A stretch of DNA of 64,000 nucleotides from a plasmid, in the sequence record NZ_CP118944.1, one strand, 5' to 3'. Below the pieces are notes generated by a model that saw only the letters and a list, made by a program, of their open reading frames with translations, made no database searches and was not told the origin of the DNA. This document shows positions 19,262 to 28,519 of the stretch, piece by piece. The translations under genes and the position numbers were made by a program. Numbering within the stretch: position 1 is the stretch's first letter; every line of letters starts with the position of its first letter.

Positions 19262-21190
19262 TTACTCTATTTCACTAATGAAACGGGATTTCTGCTGAAA
19301 CCTAAGATCACCCCAAGGCATCATTCTCTGCTTAGGATAAGACACGTACAACCAACGCTTCGCTCTCGTCACCGCGACAAAAGCGTTATTCCGTTCCTCG
19401 TCAAGCTCTTTGACCGTCCTAGCCCTGTAATCAGGAAAAACCCCTTCGCACATCCCTATCAAAAATACAATATCCTTTTCTAAACCTTTCATCGTATGCA
19501 CAGTACTTAGGGTTAGGCCTTCATCTATACTACTTTCAGAAAGTTGGCCTAATGCCAATGCATTTCTAAATGCAACCAATGAATCACCTAAGCCTTTACG
19601 CTTGAATCGGGTCCACGTACTACTAAACTCTTTAAGCTCTTCAATACTCAGTTTAACGTCTTCTATTTTATCATCCGAAACACCGTTATGGTTTTCAACC
19701 AACGATGTAAGAAGTTCATTAAAATCCTTTACTAGTTTGGGGATTTTAGGGTTTTCAATATCTAAGTTGTCAATAGCAACAAGAAGTTTTTCGAATATCG
19801 TAGAGTACTCATCTAATGCTGATGAAATTTGAGATGCCATTTCCCGCAATACATTCGTTGTCCAGTTGGCTGGCTCAGAGATACTCAGTACTTGGCATAA
19901 CTTTTTCCCATCTACCCAATCTTTAGAATTCAACTTCACCCTAATGGCATAGTCTAAGACCTTTCCGAATCTAGTTGACGGCTCAAGCTGCCTTTCTCCT
20001 TTTCTCAAAGAGTAAGGTATCGAATTATCTTCAAGGCATTTTTCAAGCTTGCCAAAAACAAATCGATTGCGGCCAATCACTACCATATTACCTAATGATA
20101 TTTTTCCTTCAATATCATCGTGAATTTTTAATGCCAAAAGATTCTTTATCGTGGCAACAACCGCAGTAGCTTCATCCTCTTCAGAATTATATTCTGAAAT
20201 GCTAACTCCACCCTCTAAGGCATAATCAATCTCTGCTTGTGAGCCTGGCCGCAACTTGTTTGCCGCACGAATAACCGACTTAGTACTGCGATAGTTTTCC
20301 TTCAGCTCAAACTTTTGAGGCATAAAATCGTTAATGAAACTTGAGCAGAAGTAGTCTTTTGATGACCCATTAAACCCATAAATCATTTGATTAGGGTCTC
20401 CTACCATCAGAATGCTTTTTATCACATCACCGCAAAGCACCTTGATAAACTCATACTGTGCTTTATTAAGATCTTGGGCTTCATCAACACAAACATGTTT
20501 ATACTGTGAGCGGTATATTTTTGCGATCCAGTCGTACGTGAGCAGTATTCGATGGGCGTACACTAAAATATCGTCATAATCGATACCCCCACTATTTAGT
20601 AGTGCAGCTTGATAGTCCTGATATATTTTCCAAATATTATTATTTTGATATAGCTCAATGACTTCCAACTCTGTAAGCAGCTCCCTTTTTATTTTCGAAA
20701 ATATATCCATATAGGATTGAAGATTTCTTTCCCTGTTTTTTAGTTCCTTTGAATCGGTAATTGCTAGATATTCATCTATATTAGTGCCATCTTCACGTAA
20801 AGATTGTATAAAGACTTCCATTCGGTCTTTATCTCTATCATATATATGCAACTCCGATGGCAAACCAACGGTATGGCCATATTTCTCCAAAACACGCTGT
20901 GCGACCGAATGAATTGTGGCGATCCAAGTTCTGTTTTCTACTTGTTCGAAGTCGATTAAACGCTCACTCATTTCTTCTGCAGCTTTATTCGTGAAGGTGA
21001 GTGCGATAACACCGTCTTTTTTTGTTTTCTCCAAAATATATCGAACACGCTCTGTTAACACTCGCGTTTTACCAGAACCTGCTGATGCAAGTACTTGAAT
21101 GGCTGTATCCATAGGAGCCTCAACGATCTGGCGCTGAGCATTTGATAGATTCATATCAGACTCCTGACTCAATTTGTTTGAATAGTTCAA
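19262..21190 (-). CDS. gajB: Gabija GajB-like UvrD/Rep-family helicase
   Basis: 642 aa. Walker A ASAGSGKT and motif II CVDEAQDL. Immediately downstream of and overlapping the OLD-family ATPase gene. Low GC. Confidence 0.7.
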   Translation of the reverse strand: MNYSNKLSQESDMNLSNAQRQIVEAPMDTAIQVLASAGSGKTRVLTERVRYILEKTKKDGVIALTFTNKAAEEMSERLIDFEQVENRTWIATIHSVAQRVLEKYGHTVGLPSELHIYDRDKDRMEVFIQSLREDGTNIDEYLAITDSKELKNRERNLQSYMDIFSKIKRELLTELEVIELYQNNNIWKIYQDYQAALLNSGGIDYDDILVYAHRILLTYDWIAKIYRSQYKHVCVDEAQDLNKAQYEFIKVLCGDVIKSILMVGDPNQMIYGFNGSSKDYFCSSFINDFMPQKFELKENYRSTKSVIRAANKLRPGSQAEIDYALEGGVSISEYNSEEDEATAVVATIKNLLALKIHDDIEGKISLGNMVVIGRNRFVFGKLEKCLEDNSIPYSLRKGERQLEPSTRFGKVLDYAIRVKLNSKDWVDGKKLCQVLSISEPANWTTNVLREMASQISSALDEYSTIFEKLLVAIDNLDIENPKIPKLVKDFNELLTSLVENHNGVSDDKIEDVKLSIEELKEFSSTWTRFKRKGLGDSLVAFRNALALGQLSESSIDEGLTLSTVHTMKGLEKDIVFLIGMCEGVFPDYRARTVKELDEERNNAFVAVTRAKRWLYVSYPKQRMMPWGDLRFQQKSRFISEIE

Positions 21191-22979
21191 TTATCTTTTT
21201 AGGAAAGTTTTCTTTAGGCAGCTTAATCAGATTGTCAGTAATTGCTTTTGCATAAAGTGGCTTACTTGAATCTAGAATGTCGAGGATAGCTCTAACTCGC
21301 CCTTCATGACCAGTGTAATCTCTATTTACATCTTCAAAAATAGGTTGTTTGCAAGTGTCACAACTTGGATTATTTGTTTTAATTCGTTTTAAAAATGTAC
21401 CTTCTCTTTTTTCAATCCACTTATCTAGTGCATCATCACCAGCTATTTCCTGAATAGTTTTTTCTATGATATCTTTATAGCCTTGACCTAATAAGTAGCC
21501 CTCAAAATCAGTATCTTCAAGTATGGTGATATTTCGAGCATTCTCGATATCAGTAGGCCCAAACACTTTTTCATAATTCTTCTTGAGATCTTTAACAGTT
21601 TGTTTTTCACCATCACTAAAGATGAAGACTGGTATATTGAGATCTCTTGCCAGAATAAGAAACGGACGATACTTAGCTCCTGAACCATTAACACCCACGA
21701 AATTTATACCGAGTGAAAAGGGATGCTTTCCCGTGTAGGATTCAAACAGTTCCGGCAAGGCTTGCTCTTCTGTTTCTCCTTCCGATAAGACTATTGCTTT
21801 TGAAAACAATATCTCACCACGAGAATGCACCACCTCTCTTTTCAATTTTCTTAGATCATCGTCTTCAAACTCACTTCTTAACTGATATATCTGAACTGAA
21901 TTATCGGACTTGCTTAGGGACTTTATTTCATGCAAATCTGCCAAGCCAGCAATATAAGGGGAGTGAGTACTAATAATCACTTGCCCTGGTACATCGATGA
22001 GTTGCCTATATAGTGTCCTCTGGGCATTCGGATGCAGGTGTGCTTCAGGTTCTTCGGCGGCCATAATTGGGAAAAATGGCTCAGCTTCCTTTTCGTGATT
22101 CTTGGCCAAGAGTTCGGTAAAAGCTTTTACGGTCAACATGGATGCCCAACTACGCGTACCCATACCATGATATTCCATCGAAAATGAGCTCTTATCTGAC
22201 TCACCGAAATTTACACTAAACCTCTTCGACAGGTCACGAATTTTCTTTGGAAACGGGGTAAGTTCAGTTTGGCCAGTTCCTTCAAATGATTGATTTAAAT
22301 GGTCTAGATGGGCCTTCAATCGCTTAAGTGGTTCGCTCTTCTCGATAGCTTCTTTATTGACTGCGGCCACCATTCGTTCCAGTTCCGCAACATCTTTATC
22401 GTCGTACTCAATACTTGATAGCACACGCCCCACGAATGAAGACTTCTCTTTCAATTCATTATGAATATCTCTTTGTGCATCAATTGGAATAAAAGGCACA
22501 GACTCAAATCGCTTACTCAATCTGTTCTTATTGTTAATCCGAACATCTTGCCATCCTACACGGTCTGGCCACGCATCCAAATGAAACCGATCAAGAGTGT
22601 AGCCGCCCTTCACTCGATCTGGTTTAGCGACAGTTCGTATAGCTACAAATTGACTTCCATCAGGCTCTGACTGAATTCTATCGCCAAATACCTGCTGCCA
22701 ACTCTCTGAAAACTCTTTCGCTCTAGTACCATCGCAGACAGCGATAAAACGAAGGTCGACTGTGATAACTTCTTGGCGCTTTTCATCTTCGCCTATATGA
22801 AAATCTTCATCAGATAAGTAACGCGAGTAGTCGCCCATGGCTAATTGCAACGCCTTTATTACTGACGTTTTTCCAGCATTATTTTGCCCTAATAAAACGG
22901 TTACTCTTTGCAGAGTTATCTCAATATTTGATATTCCTCTAAATCCGGATATACGAACTGTATCTATCTGAATACTCAT
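21156..22979 (-). CDS. gajA: Gabija GajA-like OLD-family ATPase-TOPRIM endonuclease
   Basis: Start taken at internal Met MSIQIDTVRISGFRG (avoids overlap with tnpR). Walker A GQNNAGKTS. ABC-type EEPEAHLHP and H-loop ISTHSPY. C-terminal TOPRIM-like VLSEGETEE ... FSDGE. Confidence 0.7.
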   Translation of the reverse strand: MSIQIDTVRISGFRGISNIEITLQRVTVLLGQNNAGKTSVIKALQLAMGDYSRYLSDEDFHIGEDEKRQEVITVDLRFIAVCDGTRAKEFSESWQQVFGDRIQSEPDGSQFVAIRTVAKPDRVKGGYTLDRFHLDAWPDRVGWQDVRINNKNRLSKRFESVPFIPIDAQRDIHNELKEKSSFVGRVLSSIEYDDKDVAELERMVAAVNKEAIEKSEPLKRLKAHLDHLNQSFEGTGQTELTPFPKKIRDLSKRFSVNFGESDKSSFSMEYHGMGTRSWASMLTVKAFTELLAKNHEKEAEPFFPIMAAEEPEAHLHPNAQRTLYRQLIDVPGQVIISTHSPYIAGLADLHEIKSLSKSDNSVQIYQLRSEFEDDDLRKLKREVVHSRGEILFSKAIVLSEGETEEQALPELFESYTGKHPFSLGINFVGVNGSGAKYRPFLILARDLNIPVFIFSDGEKQTVKDLKKNYEKVFGPTDIENARNITILEDTDFEGYLLGQGYKDIIEKTIQEIAGDDALDKWIEKREGTFLKRIKTNNPSCDTCKQPIFEDVNRDYTGHEGRVRAILDILDSSKPLYAKAITDNLIKLPKENFPKKIIELFKQIESGV

Positions 22980-22983
22980 TATC

Positions 22984-23679
<696 letters not shown>

Positions 23680-24130
23680 TTGGCAGCCTTGCTTGGGGGA
23701 TACATGCCCGTCGATTTTCTAACCTCGGAACAGAAAGCCTGCGATAGACAATTCTCTGCCGAACCGAATGAAGTGCAATTGGCCCGTTACTTTCATCTGG
23801 ATGAAGCCGACCAGGCTTTTATCAATCATCGGCACGGCAATCAGAACTGTTTTGGTGTTGCTTTGCAGTTAGGCTGCGTGCGATTTCTAGGGACCGTCAT
23901 ATCCAACCTGCAACATGTTCCGGTCATACAGTGCAGGCTTCCGAGCTGATCCGCTCGCTACTGAAAAGTGACCGGCCTTCCAGCCTGGCACAAGCCATCA
24001 TTGAAGTGGACCGTATCAATAAGACACTTTACTTGCTGAACTACGTAGATATATATAGGGCGTTACTACGACAAGCAAAGACGCTGGTCGGACTACGGCC
24101 CCGATAACGGGTTGCGGTTCGGGATACTGT
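23680..24130 (+). pseudogene. tnpA: Tn3-family transposase tnpA remnant (N-terminal ~85 aa fused/deleted to a short C-terminal-region fragment)
   Basis: MPVDFLTSEQKACDRQFSAEPNEVQLARYFHLDEADQAFINHRHGNQNCFGVALQLGCVRFLGT matches the Tn3 TnpA N-terminus. The frame then breaks. A downstream frame gives IRSLLKSDRPSSLAQAIIEVDRINKTLYLLNY, a Tn3 TnpA motif from about residue 880. Only ~450 bp remain of an expected ~3 kb. Confidence 0.7.
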
Positions 24131-24137
24131 AGCTGAG

Positions 24138-24175
24138 CGACAAGTCATCTACACTGAGCCCTGCGGTTTGTCCCC
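24138..24175. repeat. degenerate right inverted repeat of the Tn3-like element (ends ...GGTTTGTCCCC)
   Basis: It contains CACTGAGC and a terminal CCCC like Tn3 IRR, but matches the left inverted repeat poorly. Confidence 0.3.
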
Positions 24176-24246
24176 AGAACCGTCCGAGAACTGATTGAGG
24201 ACGATGATTGCCAACGCCGTGCGGGGCTTTTTCCTTGGTTATCGGC

Positions 24247-24747
24247 CTACGGCCAGAAGGGGGATGTAAACCAAGCTGTGATAGCAGTCTTCTGCTCGTG
24301 ATCCAGAACCCCCGCAGCGTCGATCATGTCGAACTGGTAATCGTTGCTTCCCAGCCAAACACCCGCTGCGAACCGGCACATAATCGCCTGTCCGTGAGAT
24401 GCTGTGGCGAGATAACTATCGACCATGGGTAGGCTCAACTCGTGCTTTTCAAAGTCCCAAAGGAGTGAGAGATATGGGGCATTCTTCATCAGCCAGCTTT
24501 CAAAGCGATCTTGAGCTGGGGCACGAGACAGGATGTTTCTCTCTTCCATCTCCCGCCGAATGGCTAAGGCGGCCTCTTTGGCGGCTGGGCAGTCAGACAA
24601 AACAGTCTGAACCCAGTCCCAGTTCTTTCCTTGGGCGCACTCCAGATCTTCCAACGCGAGGCAGGCAGCAGCACAGGCAATGTCACTTCCGCCAAACCCA
24701 TCCATAACAAGGCGGATCTCTTCTTTCAGAGCTTCCATATCCATCAT
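24247..24747 (-). CDS. hypothetical protein (166 aa), second gene of the two-gene operon
   Basis: ORF-track ORF MMDMEALKEEIRLVMDGFGGSDIACAAACLALEDLECAQGKNWDW... No recognised motif. Cys-rich N-terminal half. Confidence 0.45.
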   Translation of the reverse strand: MMDMEALKEEIRLVMDGFGGSDIACAAACLALEDLECAQGKNWDWVQTVLSDCPAAKEAALAIRREMEERNILSRAPAQDRFESWLMKNAPYLSLLWDFEKHELSLPMVDSYLATASHGQAIMCRFAAGVWLGSNDYQFDMIDAAGVLDHEQKTAITAWFTSPFWP

Positions 24748-24762
24748 TTTTCCTTAACTAAC

Positions 24763-25128
24763 TCAGTCTGCCTTCATGCGCTCTTGCACGATAGCCAGTT
24801 CATAACCGCTAATTTTCCCTGCCCCTCTACGGTTGTCTGGGCGGGGGGGAGTTATCTCCTGACCCCGCAATACACCGCGCAGAAGCCATTCATTCAGCTC
24901 ACCTACGTGGATGCCCAACACCTGGGCGGCCAGCTCTCGACTGTAACTCTGCTTGAGCAGGGCGCTATCCCTCAACTCGTCGTATGTACCGGCCTGCATC
25001 GCCAGCAGGACACGGCGGGCAAGTAACTCGGCAGCATCGCCGAAGCGCTGTTCGGTGAAGGTTACGCGCTGGCCCATGTGGGTGGCTACCCAATGCCCTT
25101 TTGCATTTCGGGCTAACCCGTTCATCAT
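24763..25128 (-). CDS. hypothetical protein (121 aa) with C-terminal AlpA/excisionase-like HTH; first gene of an uncharacterised two-gene operon
   Basis: ...YSRELAAQVLGIHVGELNEWLLRGVL resembles an HTH_17 motif. 15-bp gap to the downstream ORF. Confidence 0.45.
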   Translation of the reverse strand: MMNGLARNAKGHWVATHMGQRVTFTEQRFGDAAELLARRVLLAMQAGTYDELRDSALLKQSYSRELAAQVLGIHVGELNEWLLRGVLRGQEITPPRPDNRRGAGKISGYELAIVQERMKAD

Positions 25129-25173
25129 TTTTCCTCGATCAGTTGGTGAAGTACCGCTAGCACTCGCGCACCA

Positions 25174-26139
25174 CTAAATAAGTTCGTGTTGCTCAATGTG
25201 ATCTAGAGCCTGGCGCGCAACAGCCTCGAACACGCGAAATGCCTCATCCCAAGTCAACGCATCCCCATACACCATCGGCTTCACGAACGCCTCATAACGA
25301 TCTTTGTATAGGGGGTCACCAGCAATCACATCCAGGCCAAACCGCATCACACCGATAGGATCTGCTGCAAACTCGGGGTGTTGGGGACCATAGCGATCAC
25401 GATCCATCTTCATCCCTTCAGCTATCAGCCCTGCCAGTTCGGCCAAATCAAAGGTGGTACTTTGTTGCAGGCGATAAGTGTCATAAATGTGGCGAACCAA
25501 CGACTCATCATCCAATCGTTCTGGGTCATGCTTGACGCTGGCTGTTCTGCGCAGCATCGACAACACTTTCTCGGCTTGGGTGGAGATCAGGGGAACCGTG
25601 TTGAAGGCTGGCACTTCAGGTCCTTGCTGCATCGCTTCATTGTGCAGCGAACAAATGGGCATGGGGTTATGGCCTGCGAGCAGATCAGTCTCAATGAGTT
25701 CGAGCTTGATGAAAGGCCGAAGGCAGGGGGCCTTGCTGAAGGCCTGTGGGTATCTCACCGGCATTTCAATGTACCTGTGCTCATCCCGACAAGTGACCTC
25801 AGCCTTCTCTACTTGGAAAACGCCAGTCGCATTGAGCTCTTCAATCAAACCATCTCTGATGGCTTTGCGATGGCGCTTCATCGCGCTTCGAGATTCATCT
25901 TTAGCACTATCGTTAACAGATAACTTGATGTCGACATCTTCAGACATGCGCTGAAGCTTGACGTCAGCTTTGGCTAATGCGGTCCCGCCTGCAAACACCA
26001 TGGTGTGGTGCTGGCAAGAATGACTTGCAAGCAGTTTGAGCAGCTGGACGACGTAGTAGTCCTTTTCTGCTATCGCAGGGTTATCGATCCCGAAATAGTC
26101 AGAAACGTCGGCGAAAATCGAAGCGTCTTTAGGCTGCAT
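25174..26139 (-). CDS. AbiEii/AbiGii-family nucleotidyltransferase toxin (type IV TA / abortive infection)
   Basis: 321 aa. Pol-beta NTase motif MVFAGGTALAKADVKLQRMSEDVDIKL (hG[GS]...DxD). Its size and pairing with the upstream small regulator fit AbiE. Confidence 0.65.
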   Translation of the reverse strand: MQPKDASIFADVSDYFGIDNPAIAEKDYYVVQLLKLLASHSCQHHTMVFAGGTALAKADVKLQRMSEDVDIKLSVNDSAKDESRSAMKRHRKAIRDGLIEELNATGVFQVEKAEVTCRDEHRYIEMPVRYPQAFSKAPCLRPFIKLELIETDLLAGHNPMPICSLHNEAMQQGPEVPAFNTVPLISTQAEKVLSMLRRTASVKHDPERLDDESLVRHIYDTYRLQQSTTFDLAELAGLIAEGMKMDRDRYGPQHPEFAADPIGVMRFGLDVIAGDPLYKDRYEAFVKPMVYGDALTWDEAFRVFEAVARQALDHIEQHELI

Positions 26140-26530
26140 TGAACACTCGGCTTCCTATTTTCAGCTTTCTGGAAAAACGCTTTTTAGGCTTAACTTCCAT
26201 AAAGGCGGGAATCTGAGTGGATTTCCCCGCGGCATAAGCTGCGGTCAGGCCCTTCAGTTCGTAAGGCACCTTCAGGCGGTCAAGCGTAGCAATGAGTACG
26301 GCGTCTGGACCACCAGGGGAGGCGATCATCAAGCGACTATTGATCCGGTTACGCCGTGCCTTTGCATACACGCCGTAGCCGACCTTCAGAAGCAGACCCT
26401 TTTCACACATTTGGCGTAAGGCTCTGCCTATTTGGTCATAACCGCCCAAGTCATCGAAATCCTCACGGAGAAACACATCTCGCTTAGATCGTTTGATTCG
26501 TGCTTCAACACGGTCTGCAATGGTCATCAT
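26129..26530 (-). CDS. AbiEi-like antitoxin/transcriptional regulator (short form)
   Basis: 133 aa MMTIADRVEARIKRSKRDVFLREDFDDLGGYDQIGRALRQMCEKGLL, like AbiEi-family N-terminal domains. Overlaps the NTase gene by 11 bp. Confidence 0.5.
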   Translation of the reverse strand: MMTIADRVEARIKRSKRDVFLREDFDDLGGYDQIGRALRQMCEKGLLLKVGYGVYAKARRNRINSRLMIASPGGPDAVLIATLDRLKVPYELKGLTAAYAAGKSTQIPAFMEVKPKKRFSRKLKIGSRVFNAA

Positions 26531-26563
26531 GAGTCCTCCTTTCTACATCTACCCCAATTATAC

Positions 26564-26628
26564 AAAAATACGACACTTTTGCATGCAAAAACACGACGTC
26601 ATTACCACGGCGGCATGTCGTATTTTTG
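26564..26628. promoter_or_regulatory. inverted repeat operator/promoter upstream of the AbiEi-like gene
   Basis: caaaaatacgaca (26564-26576) and tgtcgtatttttg (26616-26628) form 13-bp inverted repeats spaced ~39 bp apart (centre to centre ~52 bp). Confidence 0.45.
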
Positions 26629-26917
26629 TCTCATCTCCCTCTTTTATCCACTGGGTCAAATACTAGCCCTAGCACAACGTCTATATCCCAGACTCCGTGC
26701 ATTAAAGCCCACATCGCTCATGTCGGCGCTCGTCAACGTGTGGGCAGTTTTGGCACTGATGCCGGGGCTGTGCTGATGGAGAGAATAAAGCGCGGGGCGA
26801 AAGCCCCACTGAACACTCACGGAAAACTTAGATGGTGTAGGGGAGGGAGAGTTATCCACAAATTCGGTGCAAAAGTGACCCCATTAGCTGTGCATGAATT
26901 CGGCACGGGGGAGGCAA

Positions 26918-26990
26918 CTGCCGCGCTATCGCTTGCCTGCTGGCTTGTTCGTCGCAGCGAAACGATGCCGCGCCTCAAAGCCCAGCCGCT
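26918..26990 (+). repeat. ~70-bp REP-like intergenic repeat, copy 1
   Basis: ccgcgctatcgcttgcctgctggcttgttcgtcgcagcgaaacgatgccgcgcctcaaagcccag. Near-identical copies at 30028-30090 (rc) and 55038-55108. Confidence 0.45.
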
Positions 26991-27165
26991 ACTTGCCGCT
27001 ATCTGCTCAGAATTGTGATCTCAATCAATTTAACCATACCACTGGTACGGTATGGTGTTTGTACACGGAGATACCTAGCTCGTAATAACAGGCATACCCG
27101 TTGTGCAAAAAGAAAACCCCCTGCGCTAACAGGGGGCAGCACGTAAACCCGTTCCAGGAGTAAAC

Positions 27166-27321
27166 ATGACCACTCACAGTAACAAAAAGCGGGGGATACG
27201 TCTAATGGACGTTCCTCACATGCCCGCCGAACAGGCCATCATATTGCTCATGCAAAAAGCGGCCTGGGTCAGGGAGGCAATGGCAAAACATTGTTATCGC
27301 CAGATATCACAGCACAGATAA
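27166..27321 (+). CDS. small protein (51 aa), hypothetical
   Basis: AGGAG 6 nt upstream of ATG 27166. Translation MTTHSNKKRGIRLMDVPHMPAEQAIILLMQKAAWVREAMAKHCYRQISQHR. Followed by a strong terminator. Below the ORF-track cutoff. Confidence 0.35.
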   Translation: MTTHSNKKRGIRLMDVPHMPAEQAIILLMQKAAWVREAMAKHCYRQISQHR

Positions 27322-27339
27322 CGTGAAATACAAAATAGG

Positions 27340-27378
27340 CGGGATACCCGCCTATTACATTTATTTTCTTATTAAGGT
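27340..27378 (+). terminator. intrinsic terminator (aggcggg-ata-cccgcct followed by T-rich tract)
   Basis: aataggcgggatacccgcctattacatttattttcttatt. Confidence 0.55.
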
Positions 27379-27463
27379 GAAAATACTTTAACCGTCCCAG
27401 TGGTATGGTATAATTGTTTTGTGGTACGGGATTGGCCTGGACCCAAAAAACAGGATTGCCTGT

Positions 27464-27910
27464 ATGTTCACTGAAAGAGAAAAACGGATTATCGCGCTGG
27501 CGCACAGCATTATTGCTCGCCGCTTCACTCGACTGGACTCACTGAACAGCCCCGAGATGGTGGTCGAGTATTTGAAAACCCGCTTCGCCACACTGGAACA
27601 TGAAACCTTTGCCATGATCCTGTTGGACAATCAGCACCGCGTTATCAACGCCGTTGACCTTAGCCACGGCACGATTGATTCCGCCGCCGTGTATCCGCGT
27701 GAAGTCGTCAAAACCGCACTGAAACATAACGCCGCTGCCGTGATACTGGCTCACAATCATCCGTCCGGTGTCGCAGAGCCAAGCCGTGCAGATCGCCAAA
27801 TCACCGAGCGACTGCAAGCCGCGCTGGATCTCGTTGATATTCGAGTGCTGGATCATATTGTGGTCGCCGGTGAAAACAGCCTGTCATTTGCAGAGCGGGG
27901 ATTAATTTAA
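27464..27910 (+). CDS. radC: RadC-like JAB/MPN domain protein
   Basis: Start at internal Met MFTEREKRIIALAH. The HNHPSG and ...S..D motif (AHNHPSGVAEPSRADRQIT) is typical of RadC/UPF0758. Confidence 0.75.
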   Translation: MFTEREKRIIALAHSIIARRFTRLDSLNSPEMVVEYLKTRFATLEHETFAMILLDNQHRVINAVDLSHGTIDSAAVYPREVVKTALKHNAAAVILAHNHPSGVAEPSRADRQITERLQAALDLVDIRVLDHIVVAGENSLSFAERGLI

Positions 27911-27949
27911 ACACTGCGCCGCCCCTGACGGGGCGGCTGGAGCCTTATC

Positions 27950-28312
27950 ATGTCTGAACATAAAGCTATCTACGATGTCACTGGCCTGGATTGTTCTATC
28001 GAGGAATTCAAAATGCGGCCTTGTGTCCGACACCGCTATTCGCCTGAATTTGTGCTGCCTACGCCGGATGAAATCAAGTTTGTCCGTACTGCCTTGTTAG
28101 GCTGGCCACAAACCAAGCTAGGGGCGTTTTTGGGCTATCCCATCGATCCAAAAGGTTGCCCGACAGTCAGGCGCTGGGAGCGCCCTGTTGATACAAACAA
28201 TCATCGCGCTATTGAATACAACGCCTGGCGGCGCATCTTGCTGGCGGCGGGCGTGATTGAGGGGGTGGAGGATCTACAGATCGCCGACCGATATCTCGAG
28301 TTTATTGGGTAA
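27950..28312 (+). CDS. hypothetical protein (120 aa) with putative HTH
   Basis: ...IKFVRTALLGWPQTKLGAFLGYPI... is HTH-like. 40 bp after radC. Confidence 0.4.
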   Translation: MSEHKAIYDVTGLDCSIEEFKMRPCVRHRYSPEFVLPTPDEIKFVRTALLGWPQTKLGAFLGYPIDPKGCPTVRRWERPVDTNNHRAIEYNAWRRILLAAGVIEGVEDLQIADRYLEFIG

Positions 28313-28318
28313 ACGACC

Positions 28319-28519
28319 ATGGTGACATTCGACTATCGGAGCGGCATTTTGGAAGCTGCTGATACCAAGACTGGCTATGAATGGTGTTGGTTTAAAGGGG
28401 ACTCGGAGATAACGAGAAGTATTGAGGGGGAACTGGCCGGTTCGCTCAGTGTGCCCCCCGGTGCGTCGGTTGTGGCCGTTAAAACGATCATTCGTGGTGA
28501 CGCCAGGGTGAGAGCGTGA
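28319..28519 (+). CDS. small hypothetical protein (orig. ~64 aa); 3' end altered by the ISAs1-family insertion
   Basis: The ORF crosses the IS left junction at 28503. Without the IS the frame ends ...IIRGDAKR* just beyond the target duplication. Confidence 0.3.
   Translation: MVTFDYRSGILEAADTKTGYEWCWFKGDSEITRSIEGELAGSLSVPPGASVVAVKTIIRGDARVRA

Noticed and set aside
26626-27018. ORFs 26626..27018, 29866..30114 and the 5' extension of traF (54924..55181) with similar ...ACWLVRRS..MPRLKAQ.. translations
   Set aside because: The similarity arises because each runs across a copy of the ~70-bp REP-like repeat. They are non-coding repeats, not a paralogous gene family.
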